Below are positions 9,159 through 17,816 of a DNA stretch of 38,208 nucleotides, one piece after another. Each line of letters begins with the position of its first letter. Positions within the stretch are counted from its first letter, which is position 1. The stretch comes from a virus (Duplodnaviria; Caudoviricetes). The DNA is taken from positions 1-38,208 of the IMG/VR virus record IMGVR_UViG_3300014613_000052. The stretch is one strand, 5' to 3'. A program made the translations under genes and the position numbers. The notes under the pieces were generated by a model. That model had not been told where the DNA came from and searched no databases. It saw only the letters and a program-made list of their open reading frames with translations.

Positions 9159-10580
9159 TCACAGCAGCAGGTCGATGCGACCGGCGAAGACGTGCAGACC
9201 GTTGACCACGTCCATCGGGATGCGTGCGTTCACGCGGTTGGGGTCCTGGCTGTCGTCTTCGACGATGAAGCCGTCCTTGTTGGCCTCGACGTTCTCGATG
9301 ATCCCCAGCTCTTCGAGCTTGATGGCCACATCGAGCAGCTCGGAGCGGATCTGGCGCCGGATCTCGGGCGTGCGCTTGTCGCGAGGGAAGCGCAGCAGGA
9401 TCCGATCGCGCCAGGCCTTGCGGCAGTAGTCGAAGGTGCGGATGGTGGTCAGGTCCAGCAGGGCGATGTCCGGCGAGCCAGCCTGGTTGGTCGTGTAGGT
9501 CGTGACCGCACGGACGATCTGCACCTGCTCGCCAGGACCGACCTGCAGCGGCGTGACACCGTTGGCCAGGCACACCTCCTGCTCGGTGCGGCTGAGCCGG
9601 TTGGCGATGCTGGGGGCGGCGATGCCCGGCAGCGACAGGTTGTTGAGCGGCCGGGCCGGATCCTCTTCGAAGGCGGCCACGGCGGCGAAGGCCGCAGCCA
9701 GCTGGTAGCTCAGCGACGCGGTGCCGGGCAGCAGGGCCTGCACCAGGCGGCCGGCGTTGAGCTGGCCCGACAGCGTCGTGGCGGCCGAAAGCGTGCCCCG
9801 GCTGGCGAACACGCCCACGGCACCGCGCTGCTCGATGGAGTCACTGCGGCTGTCCAGGTGGGTGCGCAGCGTCGTCAGGGCGGTCTGGGTGGCGTAGGGC
9901 GTGACGATGATCTCGTCGCTGAGTGCGAAGAGGTTGGCGAGCGTTGCCGTCAGGTCCGGGTCAACCGCGCCGGCCGAGAAGGCCGTGGTGGCCACGTTCA
10001 GGCCGGCGGCGGTGCTGGTGGCGTCGATGAAGACGTCGTTGCCCAGCGTGCCCTTGTTGCGTGCGGTGAAGGTGATCTCGCCACCAGCGACCGCGCCCGT
10101 GACCGGCAAGTCGGGGTAGTTGGCCAGCTGGGCCTGCAGGGCCGTGGCCGCCTGCGCGGCGGTTTGCTGGCTGGGGACGGCCAGCTCGATGTTCTGCGCG
10201 CCGATCTTGGCCATCACGGTGCCGGCCGTCGTCGCGGTGCCGGTGAAGGTGATCTTGCCGGTCGCGGCGGCAGAGCCAGCAGCGTCGTCGACGCCGACGG
10301 CCATGATCTCGACGTAGCGGTTGGCCGTGATCGCGGCCTTGACCATCAGGTGCACGATGGAGCCACGGCCGAAGTAGCCGGCGGCCTCAGCGTCGCTGAA
10401 GACCCGGGCGGGCTGACCTGCCGTCGCGGTGCCCGCTGCCAGACGCTGCCCGATGATGACCAGGCGCTGCTTGTTCGAAGGCAGCGTGCGCACAGCCAGG
10501 CGGGTGTTGAACTCCATGTAGGCACCCGGCTTGCGGATGCTCGACGGGATGGTCTCGAAGCTGATGTTGGGGCTGCTCAT
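9159..10580 (-). CDS. Tail sheath protein (Mu gpL-like)
   Basis: 'IPSSIRKPGAYMEF', 'FGRGS', 'DPARPL', 'VVNGLHVFAGRIDL' motifs. Confidence 0.96.
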   Translation of the reverse strand: MSSPNISFETIPSSIRKPGAYMEFNTRLAVRTLPSNKQRLVIIGQRLAAGTATAGQPARVFSDAEAAGYFGRGSIVHLMVKAAITANRYVEIMAVGVDDAAGSAAATGKITFTGTATTAGTVMAKIGAQNIELAVPSQQTAAQAATALQAQLANYPDLPVTGAVAGGEITFTARNKGTLGNDVFIDATSTAAGLNVATTAFSAGAVDPDLTATLANLFALSDEIIVTPYATQTALTTLRTHLDSRSDSIEQRGAVGVFASRGTLSAATTLSGQLNAGRLVQALLPGTASLSYQLAAAFAAVAAFEEDPARPLNNLSLPGIAAPSIANRLSRTEQEVCLANGVTPLQVGPGEQVQIVRAVTTYTTNQAGSPDIALLDLTTIRTFDYCRKAWRDRILLRFPRDKRTPEIRRQIRSELLDVAIKLEELGIIENVEANKDGFIVEDDSQDPNRVNARIPMDVVNGLHVFAGRIDLLL

Positions 10581-10606
10581 GAGGTGCTCCAGGTTGAAAG
10601 GTCGGG

Positions 10607-10852
10607 TCAGGCCAGGCCAATGCCACCGAAGGCGGCCCAGCTCAGGTTTCGCGCCTGGCGGCGCTGGCGCTTGGCCTCGGCGGCGGCCAGGCGTTCCTTG
10701 GCCTTGTTGCGGGGTTGCGGACGTGGGCGAGGGCCGCGTGGCGACTCATGGCCAGCACGGAGTTGCAGGGCAGATGCCACACCGATGGGCGCTGCTGCAG
10801 CACCCGCCAGACCGATGACCGCCGCCGATAGGATGGACAGCACGCGGCTCAT
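10607..10852 (-). CDS. Small hypothetical protein (hydrophobic N-terminus, basic C-terminus)
   Basis: ATG overlaps upstream stop (ATGA); fills the gap before the sheath gene. Confidence 0.6.
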   Translation of the reverse strand: MSRVLSILSAAVIGLAGAAAAPIGVASALQLRAGHESPRGPRPRPQPRNKAKERLAAAEAKRQRRQARNLSWAAFGGIGLA

Positions 10853-11040
10853 TGCGACTTGACCTTGCGGGCCACCTTGGCTGCCGGCATGCTGTCGTCG
10901 ACCTCGACCAGCTCGCCGCTGGCCAGGCGCCGCAGGTAGTACTGCGTGATGTCCACCTCGACGGCCTTCTGGTCATCGATGTAGGTCTTGGGGTCCTCTT
11001 CGCGGGGCACCTGCAGGCCCTCGGCGGCGATCACTTTCAT
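10849..11040 (-). CDS. Mu gp38-like protein (DUF2635)
   Basis: 'GLQVPRE...YYLRRLASGELV' motif; precedes sheath. Confidence 0.85.
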   Translation of the reverse strand: MKVIAAEGLQVPREEDPKTYIDDQKAVEVDITQYYLRRLASGELVEVDDSMPAAKVARKVKSQ

Positions 11041-11047
11041 GGTGTCC

Positions 11048-11614
11048 TCACGGGTTCAAGGTGACCACATCGGCCCCATCGGGCTCGTCGTCACCGGGTT
11101 TGATGGGGTAGTTCAGGCCCACCGTCAACAGGTCGTTGATCGGTGCACCAGGTGCAGTGACTTCTTCCTGGTACCGGGTCACCCAGCCAGCGGACATCAC
11201 GGCGGCGGCCTCGTTGCCGAAGTAGCCCTGAGCGACCATCTGAACCGGGCCAGGCGTGAGTGGCTCAATGGGCAGGCCCAGCTTCTGGTGCAGCAGGGCG
11301 GCCTGGATGCGCTCGTCGAGCAGCTCGTAAAGACCGGGCTGCCCGTGATCACCGACCCGGGTAGCGGGGTTCGGGCCGTGCATCTGCTGCGCCACCAGGA
11401 TCTGGTAGCGCACGGTCTTGAGCAGACGACGACGGCCGACCACCTTCACGGACAGTGCTCGCTCGAAGGTGACCCATGCGCAAGGCAGGCGACGCATCCA
11501 CTCGGCGTGCTCGTCATCGAGCTGGCCAGCGTAGGACTCGACGTCGGCATCGGGCAGCGCAGCCTTGACTGCGGCGACCAGGCCTTGCTCGATGAGCTTG
11601 AGCATCGAGGCCAT
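11048..11614 (-). CDS. Tail terminator/head-tail protein, Mu gp37-like (DUF1834)
   Basis: 'VESYAGQLDD...PCAWV', 'GLYELL' motifs; synteny. Confidence 0.85.
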   Translation of the reverse strand: MASMLKLIEQGLVAAVKAALPDADVESYAGQLDDEHAEWMRRLPCAWVTFERALSVKVVGRRRLLKTVRYQILVAQQMHGPNPATRVGDHGQPGLYELLDERIQAALLHQKLGLPIEPLTPGPVQMVAQGYFGNEAAAVMSAGWVTRYQEEVTAPGAPINDLLTVGLNYPIKPGDDEPDGADVVTLNP

Positions 11615-12066
11615 CAGAACGAATCCAGGGTGTCGGAGCCGAACATGCGCGAGCCGCTGCGCACAGCGCTGGATCCACCTGCAGGGGCAGATGGCGAGCT
11701 GGCCAGCGCCAGCTCCACGCCGACGGTGGACTGCCCCTTGGCGATCTTGTCCAGCAGCTCGACGGCGTCCTTGTAGCGGTTGCGGATGGCCTCGGTCTCG
11801 CGGATGTGCGTGCCCGTCATCAGGTAGCGCGCGATGTCGCCCGTCAGGCGCTTGATCACATCGGGCACCACCGGCTGCAGGGTCGAGGCGTCGAGCAGGG
11901 GGATGGCGAAGCGCCGCGCCAGGTAGCCGTCGACCTGGGCCGATGCATCGGCCAGGCCACGCTCCAGCCGCACCGTGTTCACGACGCTGCTGCCGGCGTC
12001 GGACGTCAGCATGACAGCCTCGCGCTCGGTGTAGCGTTCGATGAACTCGGCGGCGGTGAGGTACAT
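11614..12066 (-). CDS. Head-tail adaptor, Mu gp36-like (DUF1320)
   Basis: 'DASAQVDGYLARRF..PL', 'DIARY', 'RYKDAV..L..IA.G' motifs. Confidence 0.92.
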   Translation of the reverse strand: MYLTAAEFIERYTEREAVMLTSDAGSSVVNTVRLERGLADASAQVDGYLARRFAIPLLDASTLQPVVPDVIKRLTGDIARYLMTGTHIRETEAIRNRYKDAVELLDKIAKGQSTVGVELALASSPSAPAGGSSAVRSGSRMFGSDTLDSF

Positions 12067-12082
12067 GGCCCAGCTCCTGCGA

Positions 12083-12409
12083 TCAGCGGTCGACGCGGAT
12101 CAGTTGGCCGGCGGCCGTGGCAGCGTCCATGGCGCGGCCGGCGTTCTGCCCGGCAGCCAGGGTGATGGCGCGGCCCTGGGCGTCGGACTGGACGTTGGCG
12201 CCCACGGCGACAGCGGCACCGGCAGTGACCACGATCCAGCCACGGGTCTTGACCGGCGTCTGCTCGCCGATCACCACGTCGTCACCGGCAACGCCGAGGA
12301 CAGCCTGGCCATCGGTGGCCTGGCCGCCGACGTAGTTGACGAAGCGTTGCTTGGCGATCGCCGTGGTGGCTGCGATCGAGCCGGTGTTGATGACGTTTTC
12401 GGTCAGCAT
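12083..12409 (-). CDS. Capsid cement/decoration protein (DUF2190-like)
   Basis: 108 aa, Gly/Ala/Val-rich; 'VQSDAQGRAI...GRAMDAATAAGQLI'; head region. Confidence 0.75.
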   Translation of the reverse strand: MLTENVINTGSIAATTAIAKQRFVNYVGGQATDGQAVLGVAGDDVVIGEQTPVKTRGWIVVTAGAAVAVGANVQSDAQGRAITLAAGQNAGRAMDAATAAGQLIRVDR

Positions 12410-12446
12410 GTAGAACTCCTGTTCAAAGAGGTTTCAAAGGGGCGGA

Positions 12447-12935
12447 TCAGCTCGCTTTGCGGGCCTTGCCGGTGCGGGGTGCGGCTGCCGCCTGGTTCTT
12501 GGCGGCGCGGTCGGCTTCGTCCTTGGCGGCCTTCTCGGCAGCAACGCGGTCGGTTTCGTCCTTGGCGGCCTGCTCGGCAGCAACGCGGTCGGTTTCGTCC
12601 TTGGCGGCCTGCTCGGCAGCGACGCGGTCGGCTTCGTCCTTGGCGGCCTGCTCGGCAGCGACGCGGTCGGCTTCGTCCTTGGCGGCCTGCTCGGCAGCGA
12701 CGCGGTCGGCTTCGTCCTTGGCGGCCTGCTCGGCAGCGGCACGGTCAGCCTCGGCCTTGGCGGCCTGCAGGTCAGCCAGGTCGGTGCCCACGAAGAGCGC
12801 CTTCACGACATCGCCGCTGGCGGTCCAAGCCTTCAGGTCTTCAGGCCCGACCATGAGCAGATCGGGGTGCATGCGGCGCTTGCCCTCATGCCGGACGCAG
12901 CGGTCCGGCTGCACGATGACTGCGGTCTTCGTCAT
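12447..12935 (-). CDS. Hypothetical head-region protein with 13-aa Ala/Glu/Lys helical repeats
   Basis: ORF after capsid gene; AAEQAAKDEADRV repeats. Confidence 0.75.
   Translation of the reverse strand: MTKTAVIVQPDRCVRHEGKRRMHPDLLMVGPEDLKAWTASGDVVKALFVGTDLADLQAAKAEADRAAAEQAAKDEADRVAAEQAAKDEADRVAAEQAAKDEADRVAAEQAAKDETDRVAAEQAAKDETDRVAAEKAAKDEADRAAKNQAAAAPRTGKARKAS
12507..12768. repeat. 39-bp tandem repeat, 6 near-perfect copies plus a degenerate 7th
   Basis: Unit GCGGTCGGYTTCGTCCTTGGCGGCCTGCTCGGCAGCRAC starts at 12507, 12546, 12585, 12624, 12663, 12702. Confidence 0.95.
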
Positions 12936-12943
12936 GGAAGGCC

Positions 12944-13873
12944 TCAGGCGTTCGTGTCGCTGATGAGGTAGCCGGCATCGGCGCCCACCAGCAAGGTCTT
13001 GTAGATCATCGTGGCGCGGACGTTCTCGATCTTGCCGCCCTGTTCCACGAACTTGTCGACCTCCAGCGCCTTCTTGAAGGCCGTGTAGCCGAAGCTGGGC
13101 TCGAAGACCGAACGCTTGCCGCTCGGGCCAGGCGGACGGCTGTAGAACAGCAGCGCACTGTCGCCCCAGACGTCGAAGTTGGCGGTGTCGTCGTCGTTGG
13201 TGTAGATCGCGTCACCGACGATCACACGATCGAGCTTCAGGATGGCTGCCAGCAGCTGAGGCGTGAGCACGCCCATTTGGCTGTAGGCCAAGCGCTCCAG
13301 CACCTTGGGGTGCTCGCTCAGGGCGTCATACGCCGTCGCGCCCAGCAGGAGGCTGTTGGGGCGCTTGGCAACCGCCTGACGGATCTTGCTCGCACCTTCG
13401 CGGATCTGCTCGATCGGGTTCGAGTCGGCGGCGGTCCACTTGTCGGCACCACCCAGGGTCACCTTGTTCGCGGCGTCGAAGTTCACCGGGTTGAAGGCGA
13501 GGTCGGCTGCGATCTTTTCGCGGCGCAGCAGGAGGTTGTCCTGGGCCAGGAAGGTGTTGGCGGCTTGGACGTCCAGGTCGTCGGACTCGTCGGCTTCGCG
13601 GTAGTCCATGGGCACGGCGATGTCGTGCTCTTCCAGGCTGAACTCGATGAACTTGCGGCCTTCGGGGTCGAGGCGGTTGGAGGCCGCACGCAGGGCGCGT
13701 TCGGTCTTGCCCAGCTTGAAGGCCTGGCGGTTGTGCTTCGGGATCTTGCCGGCTTCCTTCGAAACCTTGGCCATCGGGAAGATCTGGTCAGCGATGAACT
13801 CGGCGTTGCTGTAGCCGAGCGCGAGGTTGGTCAGCACCGGATCGACGGCGCGCAGATTGGAAAGGCGACCCAT
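12944..13873 (-). CDS. Major capsid protein
   Basis: 309 aa after protease/scaffold; 'VDPVLTNLALGY', 'PSFGYT', 'AGYLI.D' capsid motifs. Confidence 0.88.
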   Translation of the reverse strand: MGRLSNLRAVDPVLTNLALGYSNAEFIADQIFPMAKVSKEAGKIPKHNRQAFKLGKTERALRAASNRLDPEGRKFIEFSLEEHDIAVPMDYREADESDDLDVQAANTFLAQDNLLLRREKIAADLAFNPVNFDAANKVTLGGADKWTAADSNPIEQIREGASKIRQAVAKRPNSLLLGATAYDALSEHPKVLERLAYSQMGVLTPQLLAAILKLDRVIVGDAIYTNDDDTANFDVWGDSALLFYSRPPGPSGKRSVFEPSFGYTAFKKALEVDKFVEQGGKIENVRATMIYKTLLVGADAGYLISDTNA

Positions 13874-13925
13874 GGATGGCTCCTATTTGGGGTGGGTGGT
13901 GAAACGGGTTTGAGCGCTCAGCGGC

Positions 13926-14459
13926 TCACTTTTTGACGGCGCGCACGGCAGTGAGGTAGTCCACCTCATTGCCGCGAGCCTTCTGCTCGCGCTGGTAACG
14001 GAGGGCGTCCTGGTGCAGCGCCATGCGCTCGGGATCCACGCTGGTGCCTTCGCCGAACTGGACCTGTGCATCGACGTCGTCGAGCTGGCCGATGTCGCGG
14101 CCCTGCAAGGTGGCGCGCTCGCCGAACTCGACCGAGGGCTTGGTCAGGTTCAGGATGTCGGCCAGCACCTGGGTGAGCGGCTTGGAGTCGTCGCCCTCGC
14201 CGAAGGCCAGCACTTGACCGTCGGCGCTGGGGGCCGCCAGGTTCATGTGCAGCGCCACCAGGGCGTCGCGTTGCTCGGCCGGCAGGCGTGCCGTCGAAAT
14301 CAGTCCTTCAGCGAAGGCCACAGCTTCAGCCTGGCGGCGATCGGCCGCGGCCTTCTCGTCGGCAGCGCGGCGCTCGGCCAGCTCCTGCTCGGCCTTGGCC
14401 GCGCGGCTGCGTTCGGCCTCCAGCTGCCCTTGCAGCTCGGCCATCTGTTGTCCACTCAT
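13926..14459 (-). CDS. Putative in-frame internal scaffold protein (Mu gpZ-like)
   Basis: In-frame ATG at 14459 with GGAG 8 nt upstream, opening the coiled-coil region. Confidence 0.5.
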   Translation of the reverse strand: MSGQQMAELQGQLEAERSRAAKAEQELAERRAADEKAAADRRQAEAVAFAEGLISTARLPAEQRDALVALHMNLAAPSADGQVLAFGEGDDSKPLTQVLADILNLTKPSVEFGERATLQGRDIGQLDDVDAQVQFGEGTSVDPERMALHQDALRYQREQKARGNEVDYLTAVRAVKK

Positions 14460-15128
14460 GTCATCAGCTCCACCCCCGGCCGGTTGGGCAGCCTCGGAGA
14501 AGGCCGGGGAGGTCCCCTCCGAGGTCATGGAGTCACGCACCTGGTCGGCGGTGATGGAGGCAGCGACGTTGTCCAGCTCCCAGCTGGCCACCACCTCGTC
14601 GGCGGCGTCCTTGCCATGGGTGCGCAGCAGGAACTCACGCAGGCGGCGCAGGGTGCTGACGAAGAAGGACTCGGCGTAGTCACCGAACTCGTGCACGCCG
14701 TCTTCAGCCTCGTTGAACTGGACCGACTTCAGGCCCTTGATGGCCGGGGGCATAGCACCCAGGCAGCCAACGTGGCGCGGGTACCAGATGCCGGGTTTGG
14801 GGTTGCCGGGCGCCTTCGGCCCGTACAGGGCCAGGGACGTCTTCTTGAAGCGGCCTTCGTTGACCAGGTTGGCAAACTGCTCTTCAACCTGGTGGCCTTC
14901 TGCCAGCAGCACGCCGTCGCGGTAGACGAAGCGAGCGGCCCAGCCGTAAGCAGGCCCATCCATCTTGGGATGGCCGACGACAAAGGGCGCTTCGTGGAGT
15001 TCGGGGCTGTAGCCTTCTGCGATCGCCTGCAGGTCGGCTTCGGTGAGGGTCACCCGCACACCCTTGGCGTCGGTGTGGACGCCAGGTCGCAGGACCTCGA
15101 TGAGCGGGGGATTGGATGTGTTCGGCAT
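13926..15128 (-). CDS. Prohead protease/scaffold (Mu gpI-like)
   Basis: 'EAPFVVGHP...PAYGW', 'RHVGCLGAMPPAIKGL'; coiled-coil C-terminal half; start set at ATG 15128 from promoter geometry. Confidence 0.88.
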   Translation of the reverse strand: MPNTSNPPLIEVLRPGVHTDAKGVRVTLTEADLQAIAEGYSPELHEAPFVVGHPKMDGPAYGWAARFVYRDGVLLAEGHQVEEQFANLVNEGRFKKTSLALYGPKAPGNPKPGIWYPRHVGCLGAMPPAIKGLKSVQFNEAEDGVHEFGDYAESFFVSTLRRLREFLLRTHGKDAADEVVASWELDNVAASITADQVRDSMTSEGTSPAFSEAAQPAGGGADDMSGQQMAELQGQLEAERSRAAKAEQELAERRAADEKAAADRRQAEAVAFAEGLISTARLPAEQRDALVALHMNLAAPSADGQVLAFGEGDDSKPLTQVLADILNLTKPSVEFGERATLQGRDIGQLDDVDAQVQFGEGTSVDPERMALHQDALRYQREQKARGNEVDYLTAVRAVKK

Positions 15129-15162
15129 GGCAGCCATGTTCGGCCGCCATGCGTTTTTCAAA

Positions 15163-15183
15163 CAGGCTGAAGCGCTTCAGCAG
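15163..15183 (-). promoter_or_regulatory. Late promoter activator site upstream of protease gene (P_I-like)
   Basis: CAGGCTGAAGCGCTTCAGCAG with 16-bp perfect palindrome; identical copy at 25438-25458. Confidence 0.8.
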
Positions 15184-15200
15184 GCTCCAGCCTTGCGGGG

Positions 15201-15962
15201 TCAGAAGTTCCGGATGATCAGCTCCTGACGCTTGACCGCCTTGTGTTGACCACCAACTGTGTAGTCAATGCCGACCGAGTCCATGCTGAATTCTGCAAAG
15301 CACTGTCGGATGTCAGGGTGGTCATTGAGCGTGAGGATGATCTTGCCCTTAACGGTTTTCATCATCGAAGCAAGCAGCTCGTATTGATCCCATGCAAACT
15401 CGGCTCCATAGCCAGCGGTCATCCAGTAAGGGGGATCGCAGAAAAACAGTGTGTGCTTGCGGTCGTAGCGTTTGATGCACACGTCCCACGGCAGGTGCTC
15501 GATGTACGTCTGGGCCATTCGAAGATGGGCAGCGCTCAGCGTTTCTTCGATTCGCAGCAAGTTGATCGGCGGGGCTGTCGTCGCAGTCCCCCACGTCTGG
15601 CCAGTCACCTTGCCGCCAAAGGCATGCTGCTGCAGGTAATAGAACCGGGCGGCCCGCTGAATGTCGGTGAGCGTTTCGGGGTTGGTGATCTGCATCCACT
15701 TGAACACTTCCCGGCTGCTGAGGGCCCACTTGAACTGGCGGATGAACTCCTCGAGGTGATGCTTCACCACCCGGTAAAGGTTGACCAGGTCGCTGTTGAT
15801 GTCGTTGAGTACTTCGACTTTCGCAGGCTCTTCACGGAGGAAGTACAGGGCAGCTCCGCCTGCGAAAGGTTCCACATAGCAAGAATGCTCTGGGAAGGTT
15901 TGGAAGATGCGTTGCGCCAAGCGGCGCTTGCCCCCGATCCAGGGGATGATTGGTCGCGTCAT
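15201..15962 (-). CDS. DNA adenine methyltransferase (D12 class, Dam-like)
   Basis: 'PWIGGKRRLA', 'YVEPFAGGAA', 'ND.N..L.NLY', catalytic DPPY; probable start MTRPII at 15962. Confidence 0.95.
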   Translation of the reverse strand: MTRPIIPWIGGKRRLAQRIFQTFPEHSCYVEPFAGGAALYFLREEPAKVEVLNDINSDLVNLYRVVKHHLEEFIRQFKWALSSREVFKWMQITNPETLTDIQRAARFYYLQQHAFGGKVTGQTWGTATTAPPINLLRIEETLSAAHLRMAQTYIEHLPWDVCIKRYDRKHTLFFCDPPYWMTAGYGAEFAWDQYELLASMMKTVKGKIILTLNDHPDIRQCFAEFSMDSVGIDYTVGGQHKAVKRQELIIRNF

Positions 15963-15989
15963 ATTGAGTCCAGACAGGGTTAAATTCCC

Positions 15990-16120
15990 CCTGCCACCCG
16001 GGTGGTGGTCAGGGCCTTGGCTGGTCTCACAGACGCGTTCTGTGGGCCTGGCGGCTTGGAGTCGGTTGCCGCCGTCTCCAGGTCGCCCTGATCTTTTTCG
16101 CCGTGGGGTGCCGCCCCACT
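15990..16120. ncRNA. Putative structured RNA (methylase leader or antisense sRNA)
   Basis: Closing stem TCAGGGC/GCCCTGA encloses two hairpins; T-run follows on + strand. Confidence 0.5.
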
Positions 16121-16146
16121 GCTTTAAGGATGGTTTCTGCCTCCTT

Positions 16147-16662
16147 TCACATTCGGTTGATCTGCTCGCGCAGGTAGTCCTGCGCCTCTTCAACCAGGTC
16201 CTGGCCATCCTCTGGTGTGAGCACCAGGAAAGGCCGCGCCGGGATCTTGCTGCCAGGGTGTTGCACCTGGCGAACGATCACCCCACCAAAGGCCAAGGCG
16301 CGCTTGTAGCGCGGCTTGATCACGTGGGGCTTGGTCTGGCCACCAAACTGGTGGATGGCTGCATAGGCCACGTTCGTGCCGACCACGGCTTGGTTGTCGT
16401 CGTGGAAGGGCGTGATGCTGGCAGCGAGCGCTCCGTCGCGCTGCAGGATCTTCCCGTCCTTGCCAGCCTTGCGCCTGGCAGCCACGGTGCCGGGGTGCAG
16501 GCCCTGCCAGGCAGGGCGCCCCTCAGCCTCGAAGTTGTCCTCGACGGCCCGGTGCATGACGCCAGCCAAGCGCCCCATCAGCTCACGGCGGTTTTCCAGC
16601 CGGCCGACCAGGCGGCGCAGCTGCTCGATGATGTGGTTATAGGGCAGCTCGATGTCGATCAT
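16147..16662 (-). CDS. Virion morphogenesis protein (Mu gpG-like)
   Basis: 'VGTNVAYAAIHQFGG', 'IPARPFL' motifs. Confidence 0.93.
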   Translation of the reverse strand: MIDIELPYNHIIEQLRRLVGRLENRRELMGRLAGVMHRAVEDNFEAEGRPAWQGLHPGTVAARRKAGKDGKILQRDGALAASITPFHDDNQAVVGTNVAYAAIHQFGGQTKPHVIKPRYKRALAFGGVIVRQVQHPGSKIPARPFLVLTPEDGQDLVEEAQDYLREQINRM

Positions 16663-17816
16663 GGCGCGGCCTTCGGCATCCAGTACAGACCCACCACCTG
16701 CAGCAGCCCGTCCACGTCGACGATGCGCCCTTGCAGCATCCCATCGGCCTCGCGCAGCGTCACCACGCCATCGTCGGCACGCTGGCCAACGGCGAACAGG
16801 TCGGGCAGCAGGCGCATGCGCTCGATGGGCACCGACCTGCCCATGCCGGCGGCGAGCTGCTCGCTGGCCAAGTAGACGCCCAGGTCCGTGCGAGCCGCAT
16901 CGGGCTGCACGCCGACTGGAAACAGGCCGTCCAGCGCGCCCCGGGCCTGCACGAAGCGCTCGAAGGCCGGGCCGTCGACGACCTGGCGCACGAATGCCTC
17001 GGACAACTGGCTCGGCCGGTCGCCCAGGCGCGGCATCCAGGTCGACTGGCCAGGGTTGTGGTTGAACCCCGGATCCGGCTGAAAGAAGCCCGGCTTGGGC
17101 ATGCCTGGCGCCTTGTACCTGGTCACCGTGGCAGTCGAGCCATTGCGCAGGGGCACCTGCACGTCGCGGAGCTGGCCGGCGGTGCTCTCCACCTGCAGGC
17201 CCTTGCGGTCCAGCTCGCGCTGGTTGAACGCCCGCACGCGGCAGCGGCAGCCATAGCCGCAGGGTGGCCAGAACGCCCGCCAGCCCTGGTCATCGAACCG
17301 GAACACGCGGCCGTGCAGCGCGCGGTGGCCAGGGCGTGTCTTGCTGTCCAGAACGGCCACGTACTGCCAGAACGGTCGATTGCCAGCCTGCTCGACCATG
17401 GCCTGGTAGCGCCCAGCCATGTAAGCGCTCTGCATGTTGGTCCGGTAAATCGTGCTCAGCCTGGCGGGCGTCAGGCCCTTGGCCAGCTCACCAGTGTTTG
17501 CATCCACACGCCCGGCCGCCTGGAGCTGCTGCAGCGAGCCTTCGCGGCGCCACCAGCCCTTGGCCTGCAGCGTCGGCACCAGGTCGTTGCGCCACTGCTG
17601 GAGCGTCTTGCCCTGCTGAAGCGCTTCCACGAGGCTGGCGTGGATGTCGCTGACCACGTCCAGCTTGGCCACATTGGCCACCGTGAAGGCCCGCGCATGC
17701 TCGCCATCCAACCACTCCGTCCAGTTGCCGGTGACGGCCGCCCCCTTGCCGCGCAGGAAGCGCACAGCGTCGGCCGGCTCCAGGCCGATGGCATGCCGAA
17801 CGTCTGAGCCGTCCAT
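16659..17816 (-). CDS. Head morphogenesis protein (Mu gpF/SPP1 gp7-like)
   Basis: 'RL.TIYRTNMQSAYMAGRY', 'D.KTRP.H', 'PPCGYGCRCRV'. Confidence 0.94.
   Translation of the reverse strand: MDGSDVRHAIGLEPADAVRFLRGKGAAVTGNWTEWLDGEHARAFTVANVAKLDVVSDIHASLVEALQQGKTLQQWRNDLVPTLQAKGWWRREGSLQQLQAAGRVDANTGELAKGLTPARLSTIYRTNMQSAYMAGRYQAMVEQAGNRPFWQYVAVLDSKTRPGHRALHGRVFRFDDQGWRAFWPPCGYGCRCRVRAFNQRELDRKGLQVESTAGQLRDVQVPLRNGSTATVTRYKAPGMPKPGFFQPDPGFNHNPGQSTWMPRLGDRPSQLSEAFVRQVVDGPAFERFVQARGALDGLFPVGVQPDAARTDLGVYLASEQLAAGMGRSVPIERMRLLPDLFAVGQRADDGVVTLREADGMLQGRIVDVDGLLQVVGLYWMPKAAP

Noticed and set aside
8982-10862. Long + strand ORFs (626 aa here; also 1796-3052, 14013-15170, 17849-19120) and long - strand ORFs over the early arm (28358-29857, 31475-32941, 32958-34205)
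   Set aside because: Antisense shadows of real genes, expected with high-GC codon bias; no recognisable motifs.
12507-12768. Tandem repeat considered as a CRISPR array
   Set aside because: No unique spacers, it is an in-frame coding repeat, and no cas genes are present.
15963-16208. 82-aa N-terminal extension of the methylase in the ORF track
   Set aside because: It overlaps gpG and crosses the structured non-coding region; family similarity starts at MTRPII (15962).
17615-17627. Partial copy of the late-promoter palindrome (GCTGAAGCGCTTC)
   Set aside because: Incomplete, inside gpF coding sequence, and with no gene start at the conserved spacing.
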